Shown here in pieces: positions 1 to 10,641 of a DNA stretch of 64,000 nucleotides. A model generated the notes under the pieces. The model was not told the origin of the DNA. It did no database searches and saw nothing but the letters and a program-made list of their open reading frames with translations. Each line of letters begins with the position of its first letter. Positions within the stretch are counted from its first letter, which is position 1. Position numbers and translations under genes: made by a program. The stretch is taken from contig CDRNVI010000044.1 of the NCBI GenBank assembly GCA_977017575.1, positions 310,001 through 374,000 of the forward strand, given 5' to 3'. The stretch is from Paramoeba atlantica. Taxonomy: Eukaryota > Protista > Discosea.

Positions 1-768
1 GACAGAGCATCTTCCGGTTTGAGCTAGAGGGAACCCCGAACTAGAAGGGGCGGGGAGGAGTTTGAGTCGCACAGCGTCCATCGCCTTGAACTTCTGCGCA
101 AGCGCGGGGAGTTTCAGCGGACGCTCCATCGGGGCGGGGGCGTCGCTATCCATCGCTTCCGACGTGATCGGGGGGCGGTCGCCAGGCCAGGCGCCGAGAT
201 GCGGGCGTAGGACGTGCTCCGACTGTCGGAGGTGGGGAGAGGAGCGAAGGAAACGTTGGCTGCTTTCCTCAGGATGGGGGTAGGGGCCACCGTAGTACCT
301 ATACGGTCAAAGCTCCGGGATCGGCCCCGAGAGGAAGAAGAACGTGTGATCCTTACTAGCCGTGGAGTTGGCGCGGGAGGATCGAGAGGAAGACGTGGGA
401 CGGGATGGAGGGGTCCCAGAGGCTTGCGTCGAAGCACGCACTCTTATGTCGTTCCTGTGCCGAGAGCGCAGAGTAACGCACTCATCACGCAGGCGGTTGT
501 CCCGCCTGATTGGCACGAAAGGGGGGCCACAGAAGTCGCAGGCACATGGCTTGTGCTGCTCCTTGACTCGGACGACCAAGTCCGGCCTCACCTTCTTCAG
601 CCCCTCGATGGAGAGCTGGCGCAGCCCCTCGACCCCTAGGGAGGGGTGGGGGCTGGAGTCTCGTCTGAGAGGGGTGGTAGCAGGTCCCCCTGAGGTCGAG
701 GATGATGGGGTGTTAAGCCCAGTAGCGCAATCCTTGGATCCCCGGTGGTCACGCCGACGTCGCGTCAT
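1..768 (-). other. GC-rich minus-strand reading frame, open to the window edge except for one TGA at 307-309; unknown gene, pseudogene or retroelement ORF1 fragment
   Basis: ORF 307..768 contains CACDFC. The same frame continues without a stop from 306 to 1 (checked codon by codon; ...MERPLKLPALAQKFKAMDAVRLKLL...). No family recognised. Confidence 0.25.
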
Positions 769-1168
769 GGGTTTGCGCCGGGGAGAGAGAGAGTAGAGGT
801 AAAAAAGGATTCAACAATTATTTACTTGTATTTCATGAGCTCATTTTCTGAGGCTGAAATAAAGGCCATTCGTGCTTTCAATTTCCCATTTCGCTCGTCC
901 ATGTTTTGTCCATACAGTATCGGTGCGCTACCGAACTCTATAAGTGTGTCAAAAGTTTGTCAACCTGGTGTGCCATAATTTGAGCCCTAGAACTCCTATT
1001 TTCTATGAATGTCCCCGAATGGCTTGGTGTAAATAAGTCAAAGTCTTCTCTTTCGTCAATACCAATCTAGAAGGATTGTAAAATTGCTGAACTCGAAAAA
1101 ACTTTAAAGTATTTTTTTTTGAAAATAATTTGGGGGAAAAAAGGGAGATTCCACCAAAATGATTAATA

Positions 1169-1255
1169 CTGTACCCCCCTAGTTATCTGTCACCTTTTCG
1201 CGAAAAGTAGTGACAGATACATGTAAGTATCTACATGTAAGTAGGGGGGGTACAG
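1169..1255. mobile_element. 87-bp palindromic MITE-like element flanked by TA (family A)
   Basis: TA-CTGTACCCCCCTAGTTATCTGTC...GTAGGGGGGGTACAG-TA with an internal palindrome TTTTCGCGAAAA. Related copies at 53411-53507 and 57463-57590. Confidence 0.7.
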
Positions 1256-1383
1256 TAATACATTTACGTAAATTGGATACTGTTCCGACTTCGAGTGTGA
1301 CAGTCAAAATTTTTGTACACAGTGTGATCGATTTTCTGTTTCGTGATCTTTTTCACAAGCATTCATTTGAACATACAATTCGA

Positions 1384-2697
1384 ATGTCATCTTCCGCAGA
1401 TTCGGTGAATGGAGACATCGCAGCGCTGATATCTGAAATACGTAGGATGGATACTAGCAACTTTTTCGTAAGAAATCCAACGGTTGATTTTCCCCAATTG
1501 ACCAAATTATATCAAGAAGCCTGTCCACAAGGAATGTGGCTAGATGAAATGTCGGAGAAAAACGATGAGAAAAAATACACATCGCTCGAGCAGTGGGAAG
1601 CCGACTTTGAACTTCTTCTCCAGAACTGCTTTAAATTCAACGGGGTTGATAGCGTATTTGGAAAGCTTGCATTGCAAATACAAGATGTGATCGTGCCCAA
1701 GCTTCACACGTTGAAAACTGCTTTGCAAAATGAAATTCCACGAACTTTGATGCATGAGAAATATGAAACACCGCACCACACTACAACGGATAAAGATGCC
1801 TCTCTAAGTGATTCCAAGGCAATGTCACGTCCAAAAATACGCATTCGACTGTCACATCAGAGTTCATCCTCTGCAGCTTCGCCACATTTAATAAATGTGG
1901 CTGAGAGACCGCCTGAGCTGAGGGGCGCGCTACAGACGTCCATACAAAATGAGAATATCAGTATACGAGATCTTTTACCGAAACATTTAGTGCCTTCAGT
2001 ATGCGAGAAAGACCATTCTATGGTTTTACCACAAATTAAGGTCCCTTCTAGGCTTTTGTTCTACCTCCGCGCTCGCGAAAACTATTTTACAAAGAAAAAC
2101 TGTGATATCGAATCTGTCCGTCGCAAGACTCAGATAAGCGATGAGGGGCCTCAGAATGTCACAAATATTTCACAAGAAAATCAGCCGAAAGATTCAGTTG
2201 AAGTTGTTCCTCAGGCAAAGAGTGCGCTGAAGCACATAACTGCTCATTCCGTTCTCGAGCGCTTTTTGTCAAAATTATCTAGCTTGCCACAAGTTACTAG
2301 GGATGAAATTGAGGAATGTGAGTCCATACTTCACACTCTTCGGGAAATGTTCAATGCGTCACTTCCAAAAATATTGCTGTATGATTCCGAGCGACTTTAT
2401 TTCTGCGAAATAGCACAAAGAATTACTGAACGAAAATCCGATTTTCATGAAAATCACAGTCAATACGCAACGCCATCATGCGACCTACATTACGACACTG
2501 CTACCGGGGTTAACTGGTCCAAATACTTTGGTGCAGAGCATCTTGTCCGTTTTTTGATTCATGCCCCATCATTGATATCTGCGAGTGGGACTGAAGCTGG
2601 GGCAATGCATCCTATACTCTCTAACATCGACGACCTGTTATGTTTCATTGACCTGAATGCTGAGTTGCTACTTCCAAATCTTTGTGAAGCATCATAA
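1384..2697 (+). CDS. Bromodomain plus C-terminal MRG-like domain protein (BDF-type chromatin reader)
   Basis: Bromodomain signature YTSLEQWEADFELLLQNCFKFNG; MRG-like C-terminus WSKYFGAEHLVRFL. ATG at 1384 preferred because the upstream part of ORF 1210 runs through the MITE. Confidence 0.8.
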   Translation: MSSSADSVNGDIAALISEIRRMDTSNFFVRNPTVDFPQLTKLYQEACPQGMWLDEMSEKNDEKKYTSLEQWEADFELLLQNCFKFNGVDSVFGKLALQIQDVIVPKLHTLKTALQNEIPRTLMHEKYETPHHTTTDKDASLSDSKAMSRPKIRIRLSHQSSSSAASPHLINVAERPPELRGALQTSIQNENISIRDLLPKHLVPSVCEKDHSMVLPQIKVPSRLLFYLRARENYFTKKNCDIESVRRKTQISDEGPQNVTNISQENQPKDSVEVVPQAKSALKHITAHSVLERFLSKLSSLPQVTRDEIEECESILHTLREMFNASLPKILLYDSERLYFCEIAQRITERKSDFHENHSQYATPSCDLHYDTATGVNWSKYFGAEHLVRFLIHAPSLISASGTEAGAMHPILSNIDDLLCFIDLNAELLLPNLCEAS

Positions 2698-3060
2698 CCT
2701 AGTTTGCGCAGAAATGTGCTTTCTTCGTCATGTGTGCAATCATGTAAACGATGGATATTCAGACTGAAAGCGGGAGTATCTAGCAAAGCAATTCGTACCT
2801 TACTGAGTCGTACTTCACTGACTCGTTAGCTACGGTTTCTTATGAGATCAGCAAGTCATGTTAAATATGATTATCCGTCTATTAAATAGGATTTCACATT
2901 TTCAGCTAGTTCTGAGCAAATGGATTGATACACAATCATTTCTACCAGAACTCACTCTGTTCCAATCCCTGTATGATGTTTTTGTTCGCCGTTAAACAAA
3001 GGTGACCAAACTATTTTATTTTATCTAGGTTAACTTCAAATCTTTTGGACCTATAGCTGC

Positions 3061-3876
3061 ATGACCGAATTAACAAAGAGTATCAACGACGAAGTAACAC
3101 CGTCAGACGAAAGTACGTCCACCACACGTGCTGACCCACCCAAGCGCGAAGGAGACTGGGATTGTCCCGAGTGTCGCTACCCAAACTTTGCTTTTCGACG
3201 TACATGCAAAGCGTGTGGAGTTCTAAAGCCCGGGGCCTCTGAGGTTCAAGTCAACCCCGCCGATATTCAGAACATGCGACCCGGGGACTGGCTCTGCATC
3301 TCGTGTGCCAACCACAACTTTGCCTACCGCAAAGACTGTCACCGCTGTCGCACCTCACGATTCGCCACTCGCGACTTCAAACAACCCTTCCGTCCCGGGG
3401 ACTGGACCTGCCCCTCCTGTGACCACCACAACTTCGCCTCCCGTGAGAGCTGTCACCGTTGCCATGCCCCCCGTGGGAATCCCCCCCGCGGTGAGCCCCC
3501 CTCAAGCTACCCTCCCCCCTCCCCTTCCTCCTCCTCCTCCTCTTCCCGCCCCTACGGGTCGTACAACTACGCCGCGCCGTACAACGACAGCCGCGGGTAC
3601 CCCCCGCGGCAGTACCCCCCCGGGAGCCGCGGGGCCCCGTACGGGTATGAGCCCCGGAGCGAGTCCCCCCCGCGGTACGGCGACCCCAAGCCCCGCCCCC
3701 CCCCGACGTTCCGCTTCGGGGACTGGAACTGTCCGTGCGGGCGGGTGAACTTTGCGTTCCGCCTGCGTTGCAAATTCTGTGACGCCGCAAAGCCGCCGTC
3801 CGCCGCGGGGGGGAGGGAGGGGGGGTACGAGGAGGAGGAGGAGGAGCGGCGTGAGGAGAAGGGGAGGTTTTATTAA
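3061..3876 (+). CDS. RanBP2-type zinc-finger RNA-binding protein with four fingers
   Basis: Four GDW-x-C-x1-2-C-x3-NFA-x-R-x2-C-x2-C motifs, with a P/Y/R/G-rich linker before the last finger. Confidence 0.9.
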   Translation: MTELTKSINDEVTPSDESTSTTRADPPKREGDWDCPECRYPNFAFRRTCKACGVLKPGASEVQVNPADIQNMRPGDWLCISCANHNFAYRKDCHRCRTSRFATRDFKQPFRPGDWTCPSCDHHNFASRESCHRCHAPRGNPPRGEPPSSYPPPSPSSSSSSSRPYGSYNYAAPYNDSRGYPPRQYPPGSRGAPYGYEPRSESPPRYGDPKPRPPPTFRFGDWNCPCGRVNFAFRLRCKFCDAAKPPSAAGGREGGYEEEEEERREEKGRFY

Positions 3877-4257
3877 GGGAAGTGGTGGTGGAAGATACGT
3901 TTTGGGGGAACGGAAAGGGTTGGGGAAGGTTGTAGGTTGTTTGTGATTTTTTATCAAGGATTATTTTTATATATTTCATGTATTTGAAAAGGAGATGGTA
4001 TTTTCAGACTTGGGCACTTATTTAAGCTTTAGAATTCACCGGCTATTTTAGGAATGTCTGAGAAGAATATACTCAGTTCTACATGTTCAATACTCAACGG
4101 GTTGTATTTGAGTTTACTTGAGGATTCTGTTTATGATGCAAGGTTAGTTTCGGAGTTAAACTATAGAACGTACGTAGAAACGAGTTTTTTATCTCGTTCT
4201 CAACTTTTTTGATACAAGTTCTTCAGTTCTACGCTTTTTACCCTCTCCCCCCACCTC

Positions 4258-5520
4258 ATGACCGACGCCTTCCTCTCCAATCCCATGTTCACCGCGGGTA
4301 TGGGCCTGTACGGCGTGGCCGCGGGTGCCTTCGCTCTCCGCGGGGTCTCCCGGCTCGCCAAACTCTACCTCCAACGCAACTACTTTGTCTCCCTCGAGAC
4401 CACCTCCCGCGATGTCTCTTTCGACTGGCTCATGCGCTGGATGGCCCACGTCCGGGGCTTCCACCACACCTCCCACCTGAGTGTGTTAACCAAACGTGTG
4501 GAGATTCTCCCCAACGATCAAGTCACCGCAGAGGCGCTGCTGACGCCTGCGCCGAATCTCCCGCATGTGTTCTGGTACCGCTCTCGCCCCTTTCTGATTC
4601 AACGTCATCGGCCCTCCGATCGCTTAGCCTCGGCCTCAGGAAACGCAATGGATACGATCACCGAGACGCTCACGGTAACCACCTACGGGAGTGACCCCTC
4701 GGTGGTCACCTCACTTCTAGACGCGGCTAAAGCGTACGCCGCGAATCGTGAGTCCAACAAGACGGTGCTTTATCATAGCGCGGGAAGTCGATGGATTCGG
4801 GTCGCGGAGCCGAGGAGAAGACGGCCCCTGTCGAGTGTGATTTTAGATGATCAACGACAGGAGGCACTGCTGAAGGATGCGAGAGATTTTCTACAAAGTG
4901 CGGAGTGGTACCATGAGATGGGGATTCCGTACCGAAGGGGGTATTTGCTCCATGGTCCCCCGGGGTGTGGGAAGAGTTCGTTGGTGTTGGCGCTCGCGGG
5001 GGAGCTTTCGATGGCGATTTGTGTGTTGTGTTTGTCGCATCATTCGCTGGATGATGAGTCATTGACGCAGTTACTGAATGCGTCGCCGAAAAAGTGTGTG
5101 CTGCTGCTGGAGGATATTGACCGGGCGTTTCATAAGGAGAGCCGGGTGACGATGTCGGGGCTGTTGAATGCGTTGGACGGGGTTGCCGCACAAGAGGGGA
5201 GGATTCTTTTCCTCACCACCAACCATGTGGAAAAGCTTAGCCCGGCACTCATACGTCCTGGAAGGGTCGATGTTCGTGCGTACATTGGTTATGCCACTCA
5301 AAACCAAATTCGGTCTCTCTTCTTGCGATTCTTTCCTAACGAGGAACTGCTTGCTGAGAAGTTTATTGAGCGAATCCCTGAAGTGAATACTTCAATATCG
5401 GACGCGGACAAGAAAGATTCCTGCGTGTCAACGATCAGCATGGCACATCTGCAGGGCTTTCTCTTTCTATACAGGGAGGATCCGGAAGGTGCAGTTGAAA
5501 ACGTGTCAGACCTCTTATAA
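4258..5520 (+). CDS. BCS1: Mitochondrial AAA chaperone BCS1 (complex III Rieske protein insertion)
   Basis: N-terminal TM segment, RRRPLSSVILD, GIPYRRGYLLHGPPGCGKSS, LLEDID, SGLLNALDGVAAQEGRILFLTTNH, PALIRPGRVD. Confidence 0.95.
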   Translation: MTDAFLSNPMFTAGMGLYGVAAGAFALRGVSRLAKLYLQRNYFVSLETTSRDVSFDWLMRWMAHVRGFHHTSHLSVLTKRVEILPNDQVTAEALLTPAPNLPHVFWYRSRPFLIQRHRPSDRLASASGNAMDTITETLTVTTYGSDPSVVTSLLDAAKAYAANRESNKTVLYHSAGSRWIRVAEPRRRRPLSSVILDDQRQEALLKDARDFLQSAEWYHEMGIPYRRGYLLHGPPGCGKSSLVLALAGELSMAICVLCLSHHSLDDESLTQLLNASPKKCVLLLEDIDRAFHKESRVTMSGLLNALDGVAAQEGRILFLTTNHVEKLSPALIRPGRVDVRAYIGYATQNQIRSLFLRFFPNEELLAEKFIERIPEVNTSISDADKKDSCVSTISMAHLQGFLFLYREDPEGAVENVSDLL

Positions 5521-5659
5521 CATACAAAATAAATAGGAATAATGGAAAATAGCCGGTTTTGACATGTTCCTTTCGTATATCCTTTTTGGTAAAACAAAAT
5601 TCGGACGTATGTGTTGTGAAATATGAACCCCGTATATTTATTATTAGTGTTCCTTTTTA

Positions 5660-8600
5660 ATGCGCATACGGCAAGATCAAAATCTTTCGCAGGATCTGAG
5701 AAGAATCAATGACCAACTTGCCCAATCTCTAGAAAAGAAGGAAATTCAGTCCTTCCTCGATCACGGAGAGGACCCCAACGCACTAGATGAGGCAACTTCT
5801 CGTTTCAAGAGCTCTTTGCATGCGATAATACCTTTTCGAAGCCCCGAAGAGTATGATGAAAAGCTAAAAACCGAACAAGCTAGGTCGCGTCACCTCGTTG
5901 CCCAACGGAGAAGGGCACTTGCACTGCTTACCAAGACTACAACTAAAAAGCTTTCTTCCTTTGATGCATTGTTGGAGCAGACAGAGTTGTGGATGAGTAC
6001 GACGCCTGCTCATGAGAGTGAGGTAACGCAATCTCCGGTTCGAAAGCAGCGCTCCGGACCCGCGCGGGTATACTCTCAGGACGAATGTGCTTCACATGAG
6101 GATACAGAGAGGGAGATCAATTTGACACCCTCTTCTGTGCGTTCAAGGCTACAAGTAACTCCACCATATCTTTCCGGGGAGCTTCGCTCCTACCAACTTA
6201 ACGGAGTCAACTGGCTCGTTTCACTTCACGACAACGATGTGAACGGTATATTAGCAGATGAAATGGGGTTAGGAAAAACGTTTCAAACGATAGCATTTTT
6301 AGCTTACCTCAAGTTTGGAAGGAGTATACCAGGCCCCCATCTGGTTCTCTGTCCTAAAAGTGTTCTGGGCAATTGGGCTCGCGAATTTCGGATGTGGTGT
6401 CCTTCATTGCATGTGTACAGGTTTCATACTGGTCACGAACATCGAGATATGATGATAAAAGCGGTTTTGAATCCCTCTCAGCTCAAAAGGTACGACGTCA
6501 TAATATCGACATTCGAAATGGTAAGAATGGAACTTGGTTCCTTTCGTAAAATCATGTGGAACTACTTAATCGTCGATGAAGCTCACAGACTGAAATCTGA
6601 TGAGTCATTGACAACAAGCACAGTGCGCTCACTGAATACGTCACATCGACTCCTTGTGACCGGGACACCTCTCCAAAACAATTTAAGAGAGCTGTGGACG
6701 CTGCTGAATTTTGTAATTCCTGATTTGTTTACGAATGCCGATGAGTTCGATTCCTGGTTTGATACTTCTACAGGGTCTGGAGATGAGAGTGTCATATCCC
6801 GCCTCTACAAGCTGCTTGCACCTTTAATGTTGCGCCGCCTGAAGAGCGAAGTCAGCACAAGTATACCACCCAAAAAAGAAATTTATGTAGAGTGTGGATT
6901 AACAAGAATGCAAAAAGAACAATACACTGCGCTTTTAGCAAAGGATTACGAGACCATTAACAAAGGCTCCGCTCAGATGAAGCAACTCAGCAACATAGTG
7001 ATGCAGTTACGCAAGTGTTGCAATCATCCATATCTATTTGACGGTGTTGAAGATGGTCCTCCCTTTATTACGAACGAAGCTCTGGTTCAAGCCAGCGGAA
7101 AACTATCACTCTTGGATCGATTAATCAAAAAACTTAGGGCCGAATACGACGATGAGAGGCAGCACAAAGTACTCATATTTTCTCAAATGACTCGAATGCT
7201 TGACATTGTTGAAGACTATTGCAACTACCGTGGGTATCGATTTGGAAGAATTGATGGAGGGACATCTGCTGCTGACAGAGATCGTCAAATGCATGAGTTC
7301 AACAACCCGAAAAGCGATATGTTTCTTTTCCTTCTTTCTACACGCGCCGGAGGTCTCGGAATTAACCTTCAGGCAGCGAATTACGTTATCATTTATGATA
7401 GTGACTGGAATCCGCAGCAAGACTTGCAAGCGCAGGATCGTGCTCATAGATTGGGTCAAAAAAGACATGTAACAGTGTTGCGCTTTATTTGTGAAGGTAC
7501 ACTGGAAGAGCGAATATACAAACGTGCACTTAAAAAACTTTATCTGGACGCGATGGTCGTTCAGCAAGGAAGAATGCAGGCTAAAGAAGATTCGCTTGGT
7601 GCTAAGGAAATGCTTGGCATGATACGATTTGGCGTAGAGGCCATGTTCAAAAATAAAAACGAGCCCTTGCAGGAAGAAGATTTAGATGTACTGCTTAATC
7701 GAGGAGAAACGCGGGTAAAAGCGTTGCGAGAAGAGCTATTAGAAAAGCAAGAAACTACTCTGGCCAATTTTCATCTTGGGATTGAAGAAAGCAACATGTA
7801 TGAATTCGAAGGCATCAACTATAGTGACGAGGTTCCCAAGAAGACGCTCCTTGTAGAAGGCATCGACCAAACTATTTCCCAAGCAGATATTGAAAACACA
7901 CTTTCTCAATGGGATATTGCGCCGGCGCAGGTATTCATTAGCCCAGAACGCGACAAAACCTTGCTGTATCTTAAAAGTATTGAGGGTGCAAAAATAGTTA
8001 AACAAAGGCTAAAAATTCTAAAAGACTGTCTTAATATCAAGGTTACTTTTGTAACGCAGGACACATTCATTTCAAAGGAAATGTTGGACGACGTCAAGCC
8101 CGATGAAGCCGCCGAAGAGCTTGGTCGCGGAGCACGAGCACGAATGCGTCAACAGGTTACGGCGGAAAGAGTGGCAGAATATGAGCGCCAACAGGCTATT
8201 GAAGCGCTTAAAATGCCAAAGATTCCTAAATTACCCGAATTTAAGAAATTTCACTTAGTATCACCAACAATGCAGAAGCGTTTGACAGAAATTCACGACA
8301 CCGAAGTCTCTCTTATGATTCGCAAATGGGAGAAACAGGTTGAAATTTTGAAAGCGAAACGCGTATCTGTTCCAGGATCGGAATCACCGAAGACAGACAC
8401 TCCAGACAAGGGTACTGTTGAAGAAGAGATAAATCCTTTGGAATTTGAATTAACACTGGAGGAAAAAGAAGAGAAAGCGCGTCTTCTTCAGACGTGTGAG
8501 GAATTCACTGATTGGACGTACACAGAGGTGAGACAGGTGACTAATGCAATGATTCATCATGGTCGCTTAAATTTGGAAAATATATGCGATGTTTTGAAAG

Positions 8601-9103
8601 ACACAAAGACGCCGGAAAAGGTACGAGCATACGTTCGCGCCTTTTGGCAGCGCGGGCAAGAATGCTATGACCACGCAGCTTGGCAGAATGTCTTGAAACA
8701 CATTGAAAAAGGAGAAAAGAAACTTGAACGAGAGCAAAAGGTGAAAGAAGCTATTTCTTGGAAGCTTCGCAGACTGGAAAATGAAGACGCACCCACGGGT
8801 CGTGGTGCGATTTCACGTGAACAGTTGTATGATCAAGCGATTGACCAGCATATTATTCGATTAGCACAAGAAAACGATTTCTCAAATTTTTCTGTTGTTG
8901 CACGAGAGCTCAATAAAGTTCCCGAATGTCGCTTTGATTTTCACATTCGCTCAAGGACGCCTGCGCAGATCAGCGCTCGATTCCGCGGTCTTGCCTGCAG
9001 GTTTGTTGCTGAAAAACAGCGCGAAGAAAGCGGTACTGAAGGTCTCGGAACAAAAAGAACCCGTTCTGGGAAGCGTTCTTCACAGGAAACTCCCACTGAT
9101 TAG
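5660..9103 (+). CDS. ISWI: ISWI-family SNF2 chromatin-remodelling ATPase
   Basis: LRSYQLNGVNWL, GILADEMGLGKT, DEAH, QLRKCCNHPYLF, STRAGGLGINL, QAQDRAHRLGQ; SANT/SLIDE-like C-terminus; RRM-like insertion. Confidence 0.93.
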   Translation: MRIRQDQNLSQDLRRINDQLAQSLEKKEIQSFLDHGEDPNALDEATSRFKSSLHAIIPFRSPEEYDEKLKTEQARSRHLVAQRRRALALLTKTTTKKLSSFDALLEQTELWMSTTPAHESEVTQSPVRKQRSGPARVYSQDECASHEDTEREINLTPSSVRSRLQVTPPYLSGELRSYQLNGVNWLVSLHDNDVNGILADEMGLGKTFQTIAFLAYLKFGRSIPGPHLVLCPKSVLGNWAREFRMWCPSLHVYRFHTGHEHRDMMIKAVLNPSQLKRYDVIISTFEMVRMELGSFRKIMWNYLIVDEAHRLKSDESLTTSTVRSLNTSHRLLVTGTPLQNNLRELWTLLNFVIPDLFTNADEFDSWFDTSTGSGDESVISRLYKLLAPLMLRRLKSEVSTSIPPKKEIYVECGLTRMQKEQYTALLAKDYETINKGSAQMKQLSNIVMQLRKCCNHPYLFDGVEDGPPFITNEALVQASGKLSLLDRLIKKLRAEYDDERQHKVLIFSQMTRMLDIVEDYCNYRGYRFGRIDGGTSAADRDRQMHEFNNPKSDMFLFLLSTRAGGLGINLQAANYVIIYDSDWNPQQDLQAQDRAHRLGQKRHVTVLRFICEGTLEERIYKRALKKLYLDAMVVQQGRMQAKEDSLGAKEMLGMIRFGVEAMFKNKNEPLQEEDLDVLLNRGETRVKALREELLEKQETTLANFHLGIEESNMYEFEGINYSDEVPKKTLLVEGIDQTISQADIENTLSQWDIAPAQVFISPERDKTLLYLKSIEGAKIVKQRLKILKDCLNIKVTFVTQDTFISKEMLDDVKPDEAAEELGRGARARMRQQVTAERVAEYERQQAIEALKMPKIPKLPEFKKFHLVSPTMQKRLTEIHDTEVSLMIRKWEKQVEILKAKRVSVPGSESPKTDTPDKGTVEEEINPLEFELTLEEKEEKARLLQTCEEFTDWTYTEVRQVTNAMIHHGRLNLENICDVLKDTKTPEKVRAYVRAFWQRGQECYDHAAWQNVLKHIEKGEKKLEREQKVKEAISWKLRRLENEDAPTGRGAISREQLYDQAIDQHIIRLAQENDFSNFSVVARELNKVPECRFDFHIRSRTPAQISARFRGLACRFVAEKQREESGTEGLGTKRTRSGKRSSQETPTD

Positions 9104-9531
9104 GCGATTCCGTTAAATGTTTGTATTCGTAGTTTGTATTCAATTTTTAATTCCTCTTTTTCCTTTCTTGCTAAAGTACCACCTAAGTTGGTGATATGTA
9201 TGGATGGTTTACGTGTATGATACACTGTGTATCTGACTTTGTTACTCATGTTTTGTTACTGCACATGCCGTACAAACGACGTCTAGTATATTCAGTATGT
9301 TACATACTGAATTTGCATTAGTAATTTACATTTTCATATGTAGACCAACATCACATGGTGATGTACTGCGATGAGAATAGTGTATATGACATGCGAGGAC
9401 CACATTGCGTATGGTGTGCATATACATTCGTGATGACAATTCTGAATTTTTGGAATTCTTTTCCTTCATACTCACGTGTATCCACGTCCTTTATGATTGG
9501 CTCCAGCACAAAGGTTGAGTCGGAACGAGTA

Positions 9532-10197
9532 ATGTCTCGCGCGAATTCACTAAGATCCGATGCTATACCGGAACTTGAGTCACTCTTGAAAGCAGAACCC
9601 CTTAGCTCGTTCGATTTAGATCTTTACGTTGCTATATTGAAGCTCTACCAATTTTATCCTAGTAGAGCAAACTATGATGCCATTTGCATAATTTGCCTAA
9701 AATCGCTCCTTCTTGGTGCAGAACAAAATGCTTTTTCGGCTTGCATGTTTCTGATTCCTGAGAAACTGTTCGAAAAGGCGGAGCTACGTGAACTGCTTGG
9801 TCTTCAAGATCGTATGGAAAGAGCGAGTTTTCTTGAAATATGGGAAAATATTCCTACTTACACCGAGATAGCGCTTAATCTTGGTGGGGGAGAAATTGAT
9901 ATTCGCTCTTTATTGCAAAAATTTGTCCTTTCCATACTCGCCCGGACATACACGGTCATGTCCTTGGATTTGTTTCTTATGATGACCAATTTCGAATCTG
10001 TGGAAGAAGCGCTCAACTGTCCTGAAGTACGATCACGCTATGTGGAAATTGATGCGAATGATCAGAAAGTTTCCTTTCCACAAGGACTTGCAGCTTCACT
10101 CGCTCTTGAAGCTGAAAATGATGAGTCCTCACCGGCCATTTTGAGAGCGTCTTGTGCATCTGAATTGTCGAAATTCGCTTCCTTAATTCAGCCATAA
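9532..10197 (+). CDS. eIF3k: Translation initiation factor 3 subunit K (PCI domain)
   Basis: FDLDLYVAILKLYQFYP...CLKSL...FSACMFLIP matches the eIF3k pattern. The start may instead be the in-frame ATG at 9493. Confidence 0.8.
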   Translation: MSRANSLRSDAIPELESLLKAEPLSSFDLDLYVAILKLYQFYPSRANYDAICIICLKSLLLGAEQNAFSACMFLIPEKLFEKAELRELLGLQDRMERASFLEIWENIPTYTEIALNLGGGEIDIRSLLQKFVLSILARTYTVMSLDLFLMMTNFESVEEALNCPEVRSRYVEIDANDQKVSFPQGLAASLALEAENDESSPAILRASCASELSKFASLIQP

Positions 10198-10641
10198 ATA
10201 ATTTTTGCTCGTATTCTTAAAAAATGTTTAACTTCGGCTCCCAGTACAAGAAATTGTTCTTTTTGCTGTAATTTGATTTCAGTCCTAAATCATTATTTTA
10301 TGGACGTCGGCCAGGTTATTTCCTTAAATTTTACGAATGCACAAATTTTAAGTATTTGTTACTCTGTAAAGTTCTAAAATTTTTTCAAATTGACGCACGG
10401 GTCGGTTTAATGTCGAATTTCTACATGTACGAAGAAGACATATTTTCAACTTTACGATGGTTTTTCGGAGATTAATCAAGATACACTAGTACCTATCTTT
10501 TGCGGATCTACGAGTACATGGATATGCATAATGTGGAAAATGTTCGTACTATTTGTGCAGCGAAATGCATTAGTGAGATAGATTGTATTACTACAACTTA
10601 CCAGTTTAAATAGTAAAAGGAAAATAACAGCTGTATATAGC

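Noticed and set aside
307-309. Possible stop-codon reassignment (TGA readthrough)
   Set aside because: PUS7, PABP and KREX end at TGA at their expected C-termini, and no conserved gene has an in-frame stop.
1210-1383. N-terminal extension of the bromodomain ORF
   Set aside because: Starts at GTG inside the palindromic MITE and is not protein-like.
3305-3979. Many overlapping alternative-frame and antisense ORFs here and at 21395-22704 and 32296-33291
   Set aside because: Expected by-products of GC-rich, stop-poor islands within real genes.
7840-8060. RRM-like insertion in ISWI as a novelty
   Set aside because: From memory it is already reported for trypanosomatid ISWI; useful as a lineage marker only.
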